NCBI RefSeq assembly: GCF_018977255.1
Contig: NW_024704742.1
Location: 118,732,001-118,796,000, forward strand
Length of the DNA stretch: 64,000 nt
DNA from: Callorhinchus milii
Lineage: Eukaryota
Direction: 5' to 3'
Under the pieces are notes generated by a model. The model saw only the letters and a list, made by a program, of their open reading frames with translations. It made no database searches and was not told the origin of the DNA. Made by a program: the position numbers and the translations under genes. Positions 36,754 through 50,645 of the stretch are shown piece by piece (the first letter of the stretch is position 1; every line of letters starts with the position of its first letter).

Positions 36754-37699
36754 GATGTGGCTCGTGGACCTTTGTTAAATAGGGAATCCGGCCTGCGGCA
36801 GCCAAAAGGTTGGACCTCCTTGGTTTCGATCATTGAACATTCACTGAAGCTTCCCAAAGAAGGTGGTTGAAAATTCTGTGCTAATTGTGACTTTGGTTTG
36901 CGACTGAAATTGTATAATTTTCTTTCACGTTCATTTAAAAATCTCAAAGGGCAGGAAGGACCTTTTGTGAATCTTCTTTGCTTTTTGATCCTCTGTCGAC
37001 TTTAATGCTCCTTTTCTTCCCTTCGACTTTGAGTTTGCCTACCTTGCCGGCATTTTGCCTTCCAAGTGAATTTTCATTTGACAAAAGGCTAAAAAATCTC
37101 ACAGGAGGTCAGAAACTAAATAAAAACAGTCTATATTGGCCTAGATTACATTTTTAAAAGCCAAGTTTGGATCGAAACCAGACAAGTTTAGTTGAAAAAC
37201 TTAAAGCTTTATTGGCACGGTGACTTCTAGTTTGTGAATTCCACATTGTAAATCTTAATCTCAAGCAATAAGCAAAACTGATCAAGTTCTAGTTACATCT
37301 CAAGATCTACATCTGAAAACATATTTTGAAGAAATAATTGTTTCCATTATTTCTGCTGTATTTTTATATATGTGTGTATAGACAGCCAGTTATTATTATT
37401 ATGTTATATTATGGTTGAGGACCCTTCCAACTCCAAGGTGCCTGGTAACTGAGCTCCTACAGTATAAATAGATGTTATCTAAGCAATGAACTAAATGTTT
37501 CCTGTTGATTGATCCAAAAGATCTGAGAGTCCCGCTGTGTGAAGTGGAACTAACAGACCAAACCAGTGATCTAAATGATAGTGGTGTGAACAAGAGCTCC
37601 CTCAGTTTGACAGTCATTTGAACTCTGACATCATTCTGTATTACAGTATCTCATTTAGGTTGCTCATGGATTGCTAAGGTTTTTGAGGCATTAACATGA

Positions 37700-38320
37700 T
37701 TTCATGTAACTTATCCTTTACTTATATGCTTTGTCACGTAGCTTACACCCTTATCCGTGCTTTTATCACGTTCAAGCTTGACTATACCAATTATCTGCTT
37801 GCCAGATGTCCCAACTCTTCTCTCCACAGGCTGCAGACTATCCAAGATTCTGCAGCTCGTGTCCTCTTCTGCACTATGCTCTATACCTGGCTCCACTGGC
37901 TCCCCATCCCCCAGAGGATTGCGTTCAAGATCCTCATCTTCACGTTACTCCACAGACTTGGCCCATCTTACCTCTATGACCTCTTAAAACCCTACCAATC
38001 CATCAGTTCCCTCCACTCAGCCTGCTTCACGTCCCGCCCTTCCCGTCCCACCATCAGCAATCAGGCCTTCAGCCTTTCTGTCCCCACTCTCTGGAATTCC
38101 ATCCCGGAGTCACTTCAACTCGGCCCTTCTCTCACCTTCTTCAAGGTTTGTCTCAAGACCCTCGTCTTTGACCGCACCTTTGATTATTCTTCCCCCACCC
38201 CATCCTCCCTTCACCCCTACCCCCAGCTCAGATGCAATCCTTGGACTGTCCAGCACCTTGGGATGCCTGATCTGAAAGGCGCTGTATAAATGCAATTTAA
38301 TATTGTTTGTTGTTGTTGTT
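37700..38320 (+). mobile_element. L2 3' fragment
   Basis: AFITFKLDY, LHWLPIPQRIAFKIL, AFSLSVPTLWNSIP. Confidence 0.88.
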
Positions 38321-38432
38321 TAGTGCACTGTGGGTGGAATTAAAACAGATTTTATTGTTTGTCCATGGTTCAGGATGCTTTCTTGTCACCATAAATGTTT
38401 TCCTTTTCGTACAAATATTCTTTCTCATTCAG

Positions 38433-38582
38433 TTCCTCAGTCTCCAACAGTTCTGCCTCAAGAGCCAAACTCTGCAACAAGCACAACAGTGACAGTGTAT
38501 TGGAAGGTCGGTGAGGATGACGTCATTGACTATTTCCAGGTGTACAGTGTGGATGAGTCTGAGGGAAGCAAAGAGCATAGTG
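38433..38582 (+). CDS. CMYA5: CMYA5 exon 7 (FN3-1 first half, VPQSPTVLPQEPNSATSTTVTVYW...)
   Basis: ttctcattcAG| ... TG|GTAAGG; phase 1-1; PQEPNSATST motif. Confidence 0.94.
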
Positions 38583-39578
38583 GTAAGGGTCTTCCAGCAA
38601 ACACTCCTAATTCCAGTTGTGGTTATTGTGGTTTATTCTTCGGGTTTATTTACTTGCAAGTTTTGAGAAACAATTAACTGTAAATGAATGCTGCCATTTT
38701 TCACACATTATTAATTCTAGTTTCTTATCTGCCAAAACAGATTCAGCTTTCATGCCTCAGTTACGTAAAAGTAAATTATTTGTTTTAAAAGTTTCCCCCA
38801 GTTTACTTAAACATAGCCTCAGAAATGAAATGCAGCAAAGTATTTTGTGATTTAAATTTTTCAATTGATCATTTTGGTCCATTTTCACTTTAGTTTTTAT
38901 TATCAGTTTTTTTAATGTAACTATTAAAAATAAATAGTTCCTGAAATTCCTTTAATTATATTTTCCAACAGTGGTAATGTTAGCATTACTTTTTTCCTGG
39001 GCTTTTTCATGCACATTCAGTGTAAAATGTTTTTATAGAATTCTGTGTTGGGTAATTCTGAATAAAGGCAGAAGCTCCTAGTCTCTGGTTTATAATAATA
39101 ACAATAATAATCCTTGAATTTGAATATAATGCCTTATCACGTCTTTGAGACGTATAATAGCACTTGTAAAAGACTACAGTACAGCTCGGCATAACAGACC
39201 TGAAAAGTCGAAGGTTCAATTCCAAATTTGTTCTGAGTTCATTGATAAAGGATGTTACAGAGAATTAAGCAGGATTCTTGCTCTAATCATTAATTATTGA
39301 TTGCTGCTGGAAAGCATGGTATCAGATCAGGCTCAGCAATGATGCCTCCAACAGTTGATAATCACTGCTTCAGTTCACACCTGAACAATGGCCATTTGGG
39401 GAAATATTAGAGGGAAACTAACACCATTTGGACCTATACCCCAGCATGAGCATCTTCAGGAAAGAATGAGAGGGCGAAACATTACAAAAATATCACAGCA
39501 GAAATAGTAACTGGGTAATATTTTGGAGAACTGGGTATAAATCCATACTGCTGTGGAATGCATGAGTCTAATAAATGA

Positions 39579-39803
<225 letters not shown>

Positions 39804-39995
39804 TAAATACATTACATTGACAGCCAATTTATTTAAAAAACAACCATGAAGTCATCTACGTCTCCTGAAACAAATGTTTAAATTGGATCAGTTTTATGGT
39901 AGAAATAATGCAGAGTCCAAGTACCAACTGTAAATAGTGAGTAAAAGTCACCATCTACAGTAAAGCTCACTATCTGCTGTCTGTGTTTCCCACAG

Positions 39996-40143
39996 TGCCT
40001 TCAGCACCTGTTCTTAATCCAGAGGAATGCTCTGTGTGCTGGGATTCTGCCACCATCCGCTGGAGCTCTGCAGATCTCGATGACGTTGACATCTTTACTC
40101 TTGAGTTCCACAGACAAAGCGATTTGCGAAGATCAACCTTCAG
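39996..40143 (+). CDS. CMYA5: CMYA5 exon 9 (FN3-2 first half, PSAPVLNPEECSVCWDSATIRW...FTLEF)
   Basis: tttcccacAG| ... CAG|GTCAGT; phase 1-2. Confidence 0.93.
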
Positions 40144-40269
40144 GTCAGTCACGTGTTTCTTTTTTGTTTAACGCTTGTTTAACGTGATCATGTTACTTTT
40201 TAGAATGAGTTGTAAACGTAAATCATTTTCATTGTGTGGGGCTGGGGGTGGAATCTTATTATTAGTTAT

Positions 40270-41030
40270 TCCAGGACAACTGACATCCTGACATCTGACA
40301 TCAAGTCCTGGATGAGAGCCAACTTTCTACAGCTGAATGTCAGCAAGACTGAGGCTCTCCTAATTGGCTCACACCAGCGCTTCCGCACCTCAGGCACTGG
40401 CAGCATCAGCATCCACGGTTGCAAACTCCACCTCACTAAGCCAGTCAGGAATCTGGGCAATTTGTTCGACCCTCAACTGTCCTTTCTCACCCATATCCGA
40501 GCCATGATTCGCTCTGCCTTCCCCCACCTCTGCAACATTGCCTGATTCCGCCACTGCCTCACCCCTCAGGCTGCCACCCCCACCCTCACCAGGCTCCACT
40601 GGCTCCCCATCCCTCAGAGGATAGAATTCAAAATCCTCATCCTCACGTTCAAGGCTCTCCACGGCCTTACCCCCTCCTACATCTCTGAACTGATGACCCC
40701 CTCGCAACCTGTCCGCTCCCTCCATTTAGCATGCTCCGGCCTGCTCCAGGTCTCCTGCCCGAACCAAAGTACCATCGGCAGCCGGGTTTTCAGGCTCTCT
40801 GCCCCAACCCTCTGGAACTCCATCCCACAATCCTTTTGCCTTGCTCCCTCCTTTGCCTCCTTCAAGGCACAACTCAAGACCCTCCTGTTCGAGCGTGCTT
40901 TTAGCTGCCATCCTACCTCTCTGCCCTCCCTCATCCCAACCCTGCCCCCCCACGCTCGGGTCCTAATCTCTGACTGTTCAGCTCCTTGGGCATGAAGGGC
41001 GGTTTACAAATGTAATTTTGTTGTTGTTGT
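40270..41030 (+). mobile_element. L2 3' fragment with internal deletion
   Basis: DIKSWMRANFLQLNVSKTEALLIG...VRNLG; tail. Confidence 0.9.
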
Positions 41031-41189
41031 AGCATAGTAATAAGTGGAAACAGTGTCCTCGTCCTTAATCCCTATGCATCTATGAGTATGAGTGTGACGA
41101 CATTTAGAAGCCTGACTCAACACTGGATATCAAATGGATCATTGATCGGTTAGGAATTGTAGCCGATAACTTGGTGCCTAGACTGAGAG

Positions 41190-41392
41190 CTAAAAATAAT
41201 CCTTAAAAAAAAAAAATTGGTCACTTCAATCCTCGACTGTTTGTGGGACACTGCTGTGCGTAATTGGCTGCTGCGTTTTGCCCACAAATATACAGTCAAT
41301 TCACTTTACAGTATATTCTGTGAAGAGTTTTGAGACGTCTAAAAGATGTGAAAAGCGCTATATCAAATGCAAGGATTATTATTAATATTATT
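41190..41392 (+). mobile_element. SINE 3' half
   Basis: aattggtcacttcaatcctcgactgtttgtgggacac...caaatgcaaggattatt. Confidence 0.87.
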
Positions 41393-41477
41393 AAATTGTC
41401 AATCCTTAGCTGGCAATGGAAAACAAAGAGCCTTTTTTCCTAGCAAGTTCCTGGTGTTCTTTCCTATACAATGCGGT

Positions 41478-41610
41478 TACATTTGTATAGCACCTTTCAC
41501 GTCGAGAGGACCCTGACAGAAATGGAGTTTGGACCCGGGTGGGGGGGTGGAGAGCAGAGAAAACAGGAGAATAGCCAAAGGCATGGTTGAAGAGGAGGGT
41601 CTTGAGACCA
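41478..41610 (-). mobile_element. L2 3' tail fragment
   Basis: Reverse complement of the L2 tail (ttacatttgtatagcacctttcacgtcg). Confidence 0.75.
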
Positions 41611-41688
41611 TGAGTGTACCTAACACTCGTGCAAACTGCACCACAGCTCCTACTTGGGACTCTATTAAATCAGCTTTTTTTCTTGTAG

Positions 41689-41822
41689 ATCTGTATCCGG
41701 AATACGAGGGTGTGAACAGACGGTCAAGCTGCAGCCACAAGAGGACTTTCTGTTCTACATCACTGCTGTGAACGATATTGGGTCAAGTGACAAGAGCAGA
41801 CCAGCACTGATCTCAACAAAAA
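41689..41822 (+). CDS. CMYA5: CMYA5 exon 10 (FN3-2 second half, SVSGIRGCEQTVKLQPQEDFLFYITAVNDIGSSDKSRPALISTK)
   Basis: ttttttcttgtAG| ... AAA|GTAGGC; phase 2-1. The ORF track shows a different frame here. Confidence 0.92.
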
Positions 41823-42552
41823 GTAGGCATCTATTCTAACACAATGTTATATCATTTGTAGGCAAAATCTGTAATCACTGAATTTCCCTGTCAGTTTGTT
41901 CTTTGTCACCATATTTCGCTAATGGCTTAAGGTTATTATCTAAATAAATTTAAAGTAAAATGATACAATAAAAATAATGTTCTATCTAAAGGCAAATTAA
42001 GCAATAATTCATATATTGTTCTCACTACAGCAGGATGAAGGAATCTGCTTTTCACAGTGGAAATAATCTTCTGCACTTAATTTGTTCATTTCAAATGTGA
42101 TTCAAATAAAACTATTAGAAAAGAAAAGATTTCTTTCCATTACCATGTAAAATGAATTATTGTGCATGCCAAATTAAGAGATGTTTGAAACTGGAACAGA
42201 CTGGCTGGCTTCTTTTACTAAAATATAGCCATCCATTGGGTCGTTAAATTCCAGTGGTGCCTCAAGACACACTTTGGGATCCCTAAGCCTTAGGTAAACA
42301 GATGTGTTGCTCCGAGAAGAGTGCACATTCCAGATACATGGAATTTCCATGTGTAGGTGACGTACATATTTGGTGGTGGGTTTCCATGTGTGTTAGACAC
42401 CTGGCTGACCAAGGTTCTTTGTAACATCCTCTGGATAGTCTCCAGTTTTACTGCAATACATTTAGGGATCACAGAGTATCTGTGCATTAAAGATTTATGA
42501 GGAATAAGCTGTTTTTAACAATTATTTTTCCAATTATTTATCATTCCAATAG

Positions 42553-42667
42553 GAACTCGATTTCACCTCAATAAAGAGACAGTTCCGCCAAATTTGCAGT
42601 TATCTGAAGATGGGACTGTAATTCACTACCATGAGCCATCTGTGGAAAATGAGAACCAACTGAATGA
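42553..42667 (+). CDS. CMYA5: CMYA5 exon 11 (PRY part, TRFHLNKETVPPNLQLSEDGTVIHY)
   Basis: cattccaatAG| ... GA|GTGAGT; phase 1-2; PRY motif L.LSEDG. Confidence 0.92.
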
Positions 42668-42685
42668 GTGAGTAACTACAATATT

Positions 42686-43137
42686 AACAACAACAACAAC
42701 TTGGATTTATATAGCGCCCTCCACGATGGATGGCATCTCAGAGCGCTTCACAGTAACGGATCCCGGTGCCGAGCCAGGGGGAGGGGGAGGAAGGTGACCA
42801 AAGGCACGGTCGAAAAGAAAGGTCTTCAGCAGGGATCTGAAAATAGGAAGAGAGGGAGCGAGGTGAAGGGAGTGAGGAAGGGAATTCCAGAGCCTCGGGG
42901 CGTAGTGGCTGAAGGCACAGCTGCCGAGGGTGGAGTGGAGGACTCGGGTGATGAGGAGGAGGTCAGACCAGGAGGAATGAAAGCAACGGGCACTATTTTG
43001 AGGAGAGAGAAGGTCAGAGAGGTAGGGGGTGCAGAGGAGTGCAGGGACTTGAATACAAGGGTGAGGATCTTGAAGTCGATCCTCTCTGGGATAGGCAGCC
43101 AGTGCAGTCTGGCAAGGACTGGGGTGATCGGGGAATG
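42686..43137 (-). mobile_element. L2 3' fragment, B-type subfamily
   Basis: Closely similar to 3667-4116 over ~450 bp; (AAC)n tail. Confidence 0.9.
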
Positions 43138-43225
43138 ATTTAAAGCCTTATTGAGCAGAGAAATTCCACAATATACATTTTTCTGTATTTTTGTAGTTTT
43201 CTACTGTTTTCTTTCAGACAGCAGA

Positions 43226-43554
43226 TAATAATAATAATAATAATAATCCTTGCATTTGATATAGCGCTTTTCACGTCGGGAGGACGTCCCAAAGCGCTTC
43301 ACGGAATATACTGTAAAGTGAATTGACTGTATATTTGTGGGCGAACGCGGCAGCCAATTGCGCACAGCAGTGTCCCACAAATAGTCGTAGATTGAAAATA
43401 ACCAATTTATTATTGTTTTTTGTTTTTGGAGGGATTATTATTAGGCGTTTGGAGTAAGGAAACTTGCCCAAGGTTTCGCCCTGACCTGCCTGGAATTGAA
43501 CTCAGGTCTCTCGCTTGCAAAGCGAGTGCTCTAACCACTGAGCTACAGGACTCC
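43226..43554 (-). mobile_element. tRNA-derived SINE, short subfamily, young full-length copy
   Basis: Reverse complement of the 8158 type with intact hairpin tail and long (TTA)n. Confidence 0.93.
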
Positions 43555-43924
43555 AGATCTTGAGGCATCAGATTACTGTGCTTAATTTTTACTGCAAAAA
43601 AAATATTTTTAGGTCGATGTTTTGCCCTCTGGGTCAAGGATTTCAGTTCTGGAAAATAGAACATTTTTTCTCTGGTAAAAAAACATACCATGCTAGTTTT
43701 GCGCATTTAACAGGTCAGGTGTAGCACAGATAAAATGCAGATTAAAGCTTCTTATAATCTGTTGCAAATTGAGTACAAACAGCTTCTGCTAAATGTTGAG
43801 CAGTTTCGTGCTGTGATCCCATCAGCAATTGGATTTAGATTACCCAGTCTTGTTTCTGGTTGAACTCCTAGCCAAAAAAGAGAAGAATTTTTTATCCTAT
43901 AATTCTGTGTTATAGGACAAACAG

Positions 43925-45003
43925 TTCCACAAACAGCTTCTCCTCCAACCCCCACACCGTCTCTTGTGGTGTCCGTCAAGGCTTTGTCCTCGGTCCTCTC
44001 CTCTTCAACCTGCTCCCTCTTGGTTACATCATCCGCAGCATGGGGTCAACTTCCACATGTACGCGGACGACACCCAACTCTATCTCTCTGCCTCCACCTT
44101 CGACCTCAGGACCACTAATGTCCTGACAGACTGTTTGTCTGACATCAAGTCCTGGATGAGAGCCAACTTTCTACAGTTGAACGTCTGCAAGACCGAGTCC
44201 CTCCTGATTGGCTCGGACCAATATCTCCCCACCTCAGGCATTGGCAGCATCAGCATCCATGGATGCACACTCCACTTCACCAAGCCAGTCAGGAACCTGG
44301 GCATCTTGCTTGACCCTCAACTATCCTTTCTCCCCGACATCCGCGCCATGACCCACTCTGCCTTCCCCCACCTCCGCAACATTGCCCGACTCCGCCATTG
44401 CCTCACTCCTCAGGCTGCCAAAACCCTCATACATGCCTTCATTACATCCTGGCTCGACTATGCCAACACTCTGTTTGTTGGCCTCTCCAACTCTTCCTTC
44501 CACAAGCTGCAGATCATCCTGAACTCTGCAGCTCATGTCCTCTCCCACACCAGGCTCCGTGACCCCATCACACACACCCTCGGCCGACTCTAGTGGCTCC
44601 CCATCCCTCAGAAGATCGAAAATTCTTGTCCTCACCTTCAAGGCCCTCCATGGCCTTGCCCCGTCCTACCTCTCCGACCTGCTGACCCTTTATCATCCTT
44701 CCGTTCCCTCCGCTCAGCAGTCTCCGGCCTGCTCTATGTCCCCCACCTGGCCAGCCCCACCATCAGCAGTCAGGCCTTCAGCCTTCAGGAACTCCATCCC
44801 ACATTCCCTTCGCCTCACTCCCTCTCTTGCCTCCTTGAAGGCACACCTCAAGAACCTCTTCTTCAACCGTGCCTTCGGCCCCTTCCTACCCTCCCTTACC
44901 CCAACCCCCACACCCACCTCCCACCGCTTGGGTCCTAATCCCTGACTGTTCAGCGCCTTGGGATGTCCTCCCGACGTGTAAGATGCTCTACAAATGTAAT
45001 TTC
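43925..45003 (+). mobile_element. L2 RT/3' fragment
   Basis: HGVNFHMYADDTQLYLS...WMRANFLQLNVCKTE...HAFITSWLDYAN. Confidence 0.92.
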
Positions 45004-45049
45004 TAAAGCACCTTACACGTTAGCTTCCAAACTCGGTCAGAAGAATGAA

Positions 45050-45300
45050 AAGGCAGTGTACTAACTGCACGATACATCCGGCAGTGAATGCCTGAAAGGG
45101 TGGTAGAAGCCGATTCGATAACAGCTTTTATGAGAGAAGTAGATAATTGTTTGGGGAGGACAAGGTTGCAGGGCTACGGGGAGAGAGCAGAGAAGTGGGA
45201 CTGATTTGGGCAGCTTTTTTCAAAGAGCCGGCACAGACACGATGGGCCGAATGGCCTCCTTCTTTGCTGTATAATTCTAAGATTCTGTGATTCTATGAAT
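45050..45300 (+). mobile_element. CR1 (shark HER1-like) 3' tail; similar pieces near 7680-7780, 21887-22040, 45813-45920(-), 53880-53990(-), 55460-55685
   Basis: caaagagccggcacagacacgatgggccgaatggcctccttct...attctaagattctgtgattctatg. Confidence 0.8.
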
Positions 45301-45509
45301 TCTACTTTTAAAACCTGAAGGGACTTTTCTGAGAATTTGACATGCTTTATTTTTGCAAGTGCAGAATTTCTCTGTGAACGTTATCAATTATTCAAGGCAT
45401 TTCCCCAGTTGCTTCATGTGATATGGAACTCTTTGAATTGCTTTTGTGTGAATTGAATTACTGTGTGTTGCCAGCTATTGTCTACAGAGTCCCTGCACTT
45501 CTTCAACAG

Positions 45510-45686
45510 ATATCCTCCTGTTCTTGGTGAGCCGCTACCTACTTCTGGTCAACACTACTGGGAAACGACTGTGGACAGATGCCAAGCCTACAGAATAGGA
45601 GTAGCTTATCCCATTACAACAAGAAATTGTACACTGGGGCAAAGCCTGGCATCATGGTGCATGCGGTATTATGTAACACCAGCAGG
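45510..45686 (+). CDS. CMYA5: CMYA5 exon 12 (SPRY, YPPVLGEPLPTSGQHYWETTV...YRIGVA...LGQSLASWCM)
   Basis: cttcttcaacAG| ... GG|GTATGG; phase 2-2; GQHYWE motif. Confidence 0.94.
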
Positions 45687-46309
45687 GTATGGTTTTACTT
45701 TTACTAAATAAGAATGGGAGTGGTTAGAGCTAATTGACCTACACTTGGGTTTGGAATTCCAACTCGGTATTCTGCAGTTAAATCTTAGTCTTCAGACATT
45801 TACACTTAACCTAGAATCATAGAATTCTAGACAACAGAAGGAGGTCATTCGACCCATCGTGCCTGTGATGACTCTTTGCAAGAGCTATCCAATTGGTCCC
45901 ACTCCCCCACTCTTTCCCTACCAAATAAGCCTTTGAGGATTGTTCCTACAACATACATAGCTTTAAGAACATCAAAAGGGATGGACTGAGAAGTCCATTC
46001 AGGTCATCAAAGCTTATTCCTTCTGTAGACCATATACAATCTGCTCCAGTATGCATTCTATTTTCTGAAAAAAGCTCTGAAGGTTTCTCCCCGCTTTCTA
46101 AATACAAATCAACCAAAATTCCTGAATTACTAATCATTATCCTACATTATTCATCCTAAACAAGCTGTCTTCCTTTGCACAGCATTACCAAGGTTAGAAA
46201 TATCATTATCCATATTATCCTTAAGTCCCTCAGTAATGTTTTAACCAGATATTTATCCAGCTATTTATTCTTCTCTATTTATTTCCCTATCCACCTTAAC
46301 ATACTGATT

Positions 46310-46578
46310 CAGGCTTCAGCCTCTCTGTCCCCATGCTCTGGAACTCCATCCCACGGTCCCTTCGCCTCATTTCCTCCCTTGCCTCCTTCAAGGTCAGTTC
46401 AAGATCTTTCTCTTCGACTGTGCCTTTGGTCTCCCTCCCACCTCTCTGCCTTCCCTCACCCCTACACCACCCCTCCCCCATGCTCGGGCCCCGACACCCG
46501 ACTGTTCAGCGCTTTGGGATGTCCTCCCGACGTGAAAGGCGCTCTATAAATGTAATTTTGTTGTTGTTGTTGTTGTTG
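46310..46578 (+). mobile_element. L2 3' end
   Basis: Closely similar to 6848-7103; hairpin tail plus (TTG)n. Confidence 0.9.
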
Positions 46579-48283
46579 TCATGCTGGGAATAATTTTTCT
46601 GACATCAACAACTCTCTGATATCTCACCTCAGTGGCTATTCTTATGGGTACCCTAAACATTGAGAGTTAACAAGCTTTTTGGACATGAGAATTATCAGAT
46701 TGAGATTGTTCTTATTATTTAATGATCACATTAATAGACACTATTCTACAAGTATAAGCAATGAGACTCTGATTGATTTGTTCCTCCGGCACACATACGC
46801 ATGTGCACACACATGCACACACACACACATGCAAGTGCTTAGACTAAGCATATTGAGGTCAAATGTAGTGTATCCAATTTTGTGGAGAGAATGCTACGCT
46901 TCTAATTTCTGTGTTTCTATCAGGGATCTCGTTACCTGTGACTGCATCGCTCAGCACCACACCATTTGCCCACTGAGGCCTTCAGGGAACATGTTCACCA
47001 ATGGTGCAGTCACAGATAACGATATCCATGATAGAAAATATATTAGTTTGGCACAGAATTAACTGCTTTTGCTTATTCCAAAGGAACAATATTCTAAATG
47101 TAATATTTTGCAACTACAAAACACATTCTTGTTCCTCTTAACATTTGCCTACGAAATACACAGTCATTAATTTTACATAAATCTTTGAGATGTCTTCCAG
47201 GCACGAAAAGTGAAATATCAAATGCAAGTATTGTTATTGTAACAGGCTGAACAGGTGCAGATTTATGTAATCAGGTTAGAAATGATGCAGTTTAAATTAC
47301 ACATCCCTCTGTGTTACTTGGCAGATCAAATATAATACCCCTAACACAGCATAAAATAAATGCACTGCATAAAACAGTTACATCCTGTAAAATAGTCTTA
47401 ACACTGCAGAGAATAATTACATTCCTTGCAATAATCCTACACTTTGTGAAGTAATATCATCCTGCTTGATATCAACCTTAGATCACATTAATCGGAACTC
47501 ACAAGAACTGTCCTAGAAATGTACATAACGGGTTTCCAATGGCTCAATGGGTAAATGCATTGTGTGCTGTGATATCTTTTGCCGTTAAAATATACAGTCA
47601 ATTCACTTTACAGTATATTCTGTAAAGCGCTTTGAGATGTCTTGAAGATATGATAAGATGTTATATCAAATGCAAGAAATATTTTATTATTATTCTTGCA
47701 ATACAAGCTGGGAAGGTCCTGGATCTGATGGCTGATCTGTGTTGAGTTAATTGATCTTGGCCTTGGTTCTCAATGAGAGTCATTGCCACATTGTTCTGAA
47801 TTAGGGAAGGAAAACAAATCAGGCAGAGTTCATGTTGCTAAACACTAATCCCTGCTGAAAGGCACCTGTATCACACTGATCTAGCCTGACATTATACGTT
47901 GGGTGAGGACAGAAATGAGTTCAATTCAGCTCCTGTGATAGGACAACAACAAATTACATTTGTATAGCATCTTTCATGTTGGGAAGACGTCCCAAGGCAC
48001 TGAAATGCTGTGGGAAAACAATGACATGGCTGTGTAGATGCAGTATTTTGAACAACCTGTGCAAACGTTTAACAAGAGAGACTTCCTTAGATCTGTCCAG
48101 ATCAAAATAGTGTGCACGGATTATCCTGAGGATGATTTAGTTAGTATAAGTTGAGTTGCTGATGGTAAGATAGTGCTTCATATATCTGCTCCATGCTTGT
48201 CCTCAGTTATTATTGCCTAACATGATTCTGCCTTTCACTAATTATGGATTGTGCATAATCCAAATTGCTTTTCTTCCTAATAG

Positions 48284-48536
48284 GCACAAGTACGAATTTC
48301 TTCACAACAGTGCAGCACATGAAGTCTTTATCACAGACTTTGTAACCAGAGTTGGTATTTTATTGAACGGTGATGGTAGTCAGCTGTCGTTCTTCAATGC
48401 CCAGAGTGGACAGTTACTTCATAGCTTCCAGCATCGATTCACAGATCTCATCTGTCCAGCATTTACTGTCGAGAAGCCTGTTTTTCTGGCTGTATGCACA
48501 GGAGCTGAATTACCTGAATTTGCTAAATGCAGCTAA
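48284..48536 (+). CDS. CMYA5: CMYA5 exon 13 coding part (SPRY C-terminus HKYEFLHN...RVGILL...LSFFNA...PAFTVEKP...stop)
   Basis: ttcttcctaatAG|; phase 2; TAA at 48534-48536. Confidence 0.94.
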
Positions 48537-50645
48537 TGCCACCCATTTTCCTTGCTATCAAACTCCTTAATTGTCTACAATGTTGAACAGTAGCTGATGA
48601 AAGAAACTTGTTTTTTTTTGCAGGAGACAGTTTACTGTCTACCTCAGAGTTCAGACTCTGCAGTAAGTATTCCATGGAGGACACCACTAGCGTAATAGGA
48701 GAATACATAATCTGTGATATAAATTGAAGATTTGTACATCTTGTTGGATATGAATTATTGATAACTTAGTAATTACTGATTATTGACAGTAAATCTTAAG
48801 CCCACAATTTTATGAAGTGCTCCAACGGAAAAAGAGGATGTTCTTGTACCAAGTTACCAATTGTTTCAAAGCTTTGATTATCCCAAGGAAGTGATGCTGT
48901 TACCACCAAAACTGATTCCTCTGAGATCAGAGACTGCCAGACAAGGGGGCAGATTGCCAGGAATGATCTCACCTGGGAATCCATGCTAAATTGGTGCTTA
49001 TTTCTTATCCCTTGGGTTTAGGCTTGCGTTACTCTATAGAGGTAAGCAGCAATATGGTAACTTATTGAACAATTTTGACACCTTCAAATTTTCACCTACA
49101 TGCTGCTTTCTTTTTACTTAAAGTGGTTTCATCATAACTTTTTGCTGGCTTCAGTGAACTCTTTTTTTTGTAGAACAATTTGTAGAGGATGGGGAAGAGA
49201 TGTGTTTTAACCCAGCGCAGACTGATTTAACTCCACAAATTATACATTTTGCCCATCTATAATATCCTACATTCAGGCTAAGGAGCCAAGTATTATTAAT
49301 GAATTAATTGTTCATATTCTACCCATAGTGTTAGTGAGTTGAATAAAATGCTACTTTATTAATATATGGAAACTACATGTTCATGTCACAATATTGTATA
49401 CATTTAGCAATACTTGTGTATGATACAGTACTAAGAAATTGCTGCTGTACTGTTATTATTGGGATTGTTTAAGGTATTCCATATTGGTTATCCTAGAGAA
49501 ACGTATTGAAAGAATTTTTAGCCACGTTGTATTGGTAGAGCTGCTTTAATGAAAGGGGTATTTAACTGTGCCAACAGCATATGTGGGTGCATTCATGACT
49601 GGCAAGAAGAGCTGTTTACCCTTCAATGTGTTTACAACAGGATAGTGTAGTCATTTGAGATGAGGTTTTGGCTATCAGTCAGATATTTGCTATTTTGGAT
49701 TGCTGTGATCTCTGTGTTGCCTTTCCTTGCAGTGCAATGTATTTCCCAAGACCAGTTAATAACTCTATGTCGCTCAGTGGGTAAAACACTGGATTTAAGA
49801 ATATATCACATAAATAATCCTAAAATGTTGTTGTTATGACTACTTGATGCACTCAATAATATTTTACTTGCATTCCTTGGCAGCTGTCAATTATAGGAGA
49901 CCTTTACCCCTATTCCTTGGGCAGAATTTGGAGTCGGGTCTTCATAACTGAAGAGCCAAGCATGGCATGGTGCCATAACCTACAATTGCATGTATTGTAT
50001 ATTTCCCATATTGGCCAGGCTGAAAAAAATCATGTAACTGTGAAAAAAAAAGCTATGGGCAGAATAAGCTTCTGCAAACATAACCCCCTTCTTAGAGAAT
50101 TCCCCAAACTAGCTAATGCCTGGCCAACTCCAACTAAACCTAGTGTCATTGTGTTACCTAGGCAGGAATACTGGTTTGGGGAATGCAGGGATGCAAGAAA
50201 TGGTGAGGGATGTGTGTGCTTTTACCCTATGGTCATGAGATGTTGACTCCTTTTGGCTTTGTCAACAATTAGATGAGAGGTAGTTCATAGTATAAAAAGG
50301 CAGTTCATCCTCTTCCCCCAAGGATGTGAAACAGATATGTGGTAATGTTTAGTATTGTATTTACTATAGTAATGCAGCATCTATTTTGCATACAGCTCAT
50401 ATATTTTCATATAGCTTGAGGAAATTCTGCCATAAAATATTTTGATCTTATTCACGCTTTGACTCCTGTCTGTTATTGCTGACAGCAGTGGAGAGGTTGT
50501 TCTTTGAAACTGTATAATACTAAACTTATGTACATAAGACTGGTTGATCTGTGTGCCTTCTTTGTCTAGTGTATTGTAGTTTTGCTTATATAATTACAAA
50601 TTTAGAAGTGTGTCAAAATTAATAAAGTATATATTACAGTATTCT
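48537..50645 (+). other. Probable 3' UTR with candidate polyadenylation signals AATAAA at 49342 and 50621
   Basis: About 2.1 kb AT-rich stretch with no recognisable LINE/SINE after the stop; the true end is inferred. Confidence 0.5.
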
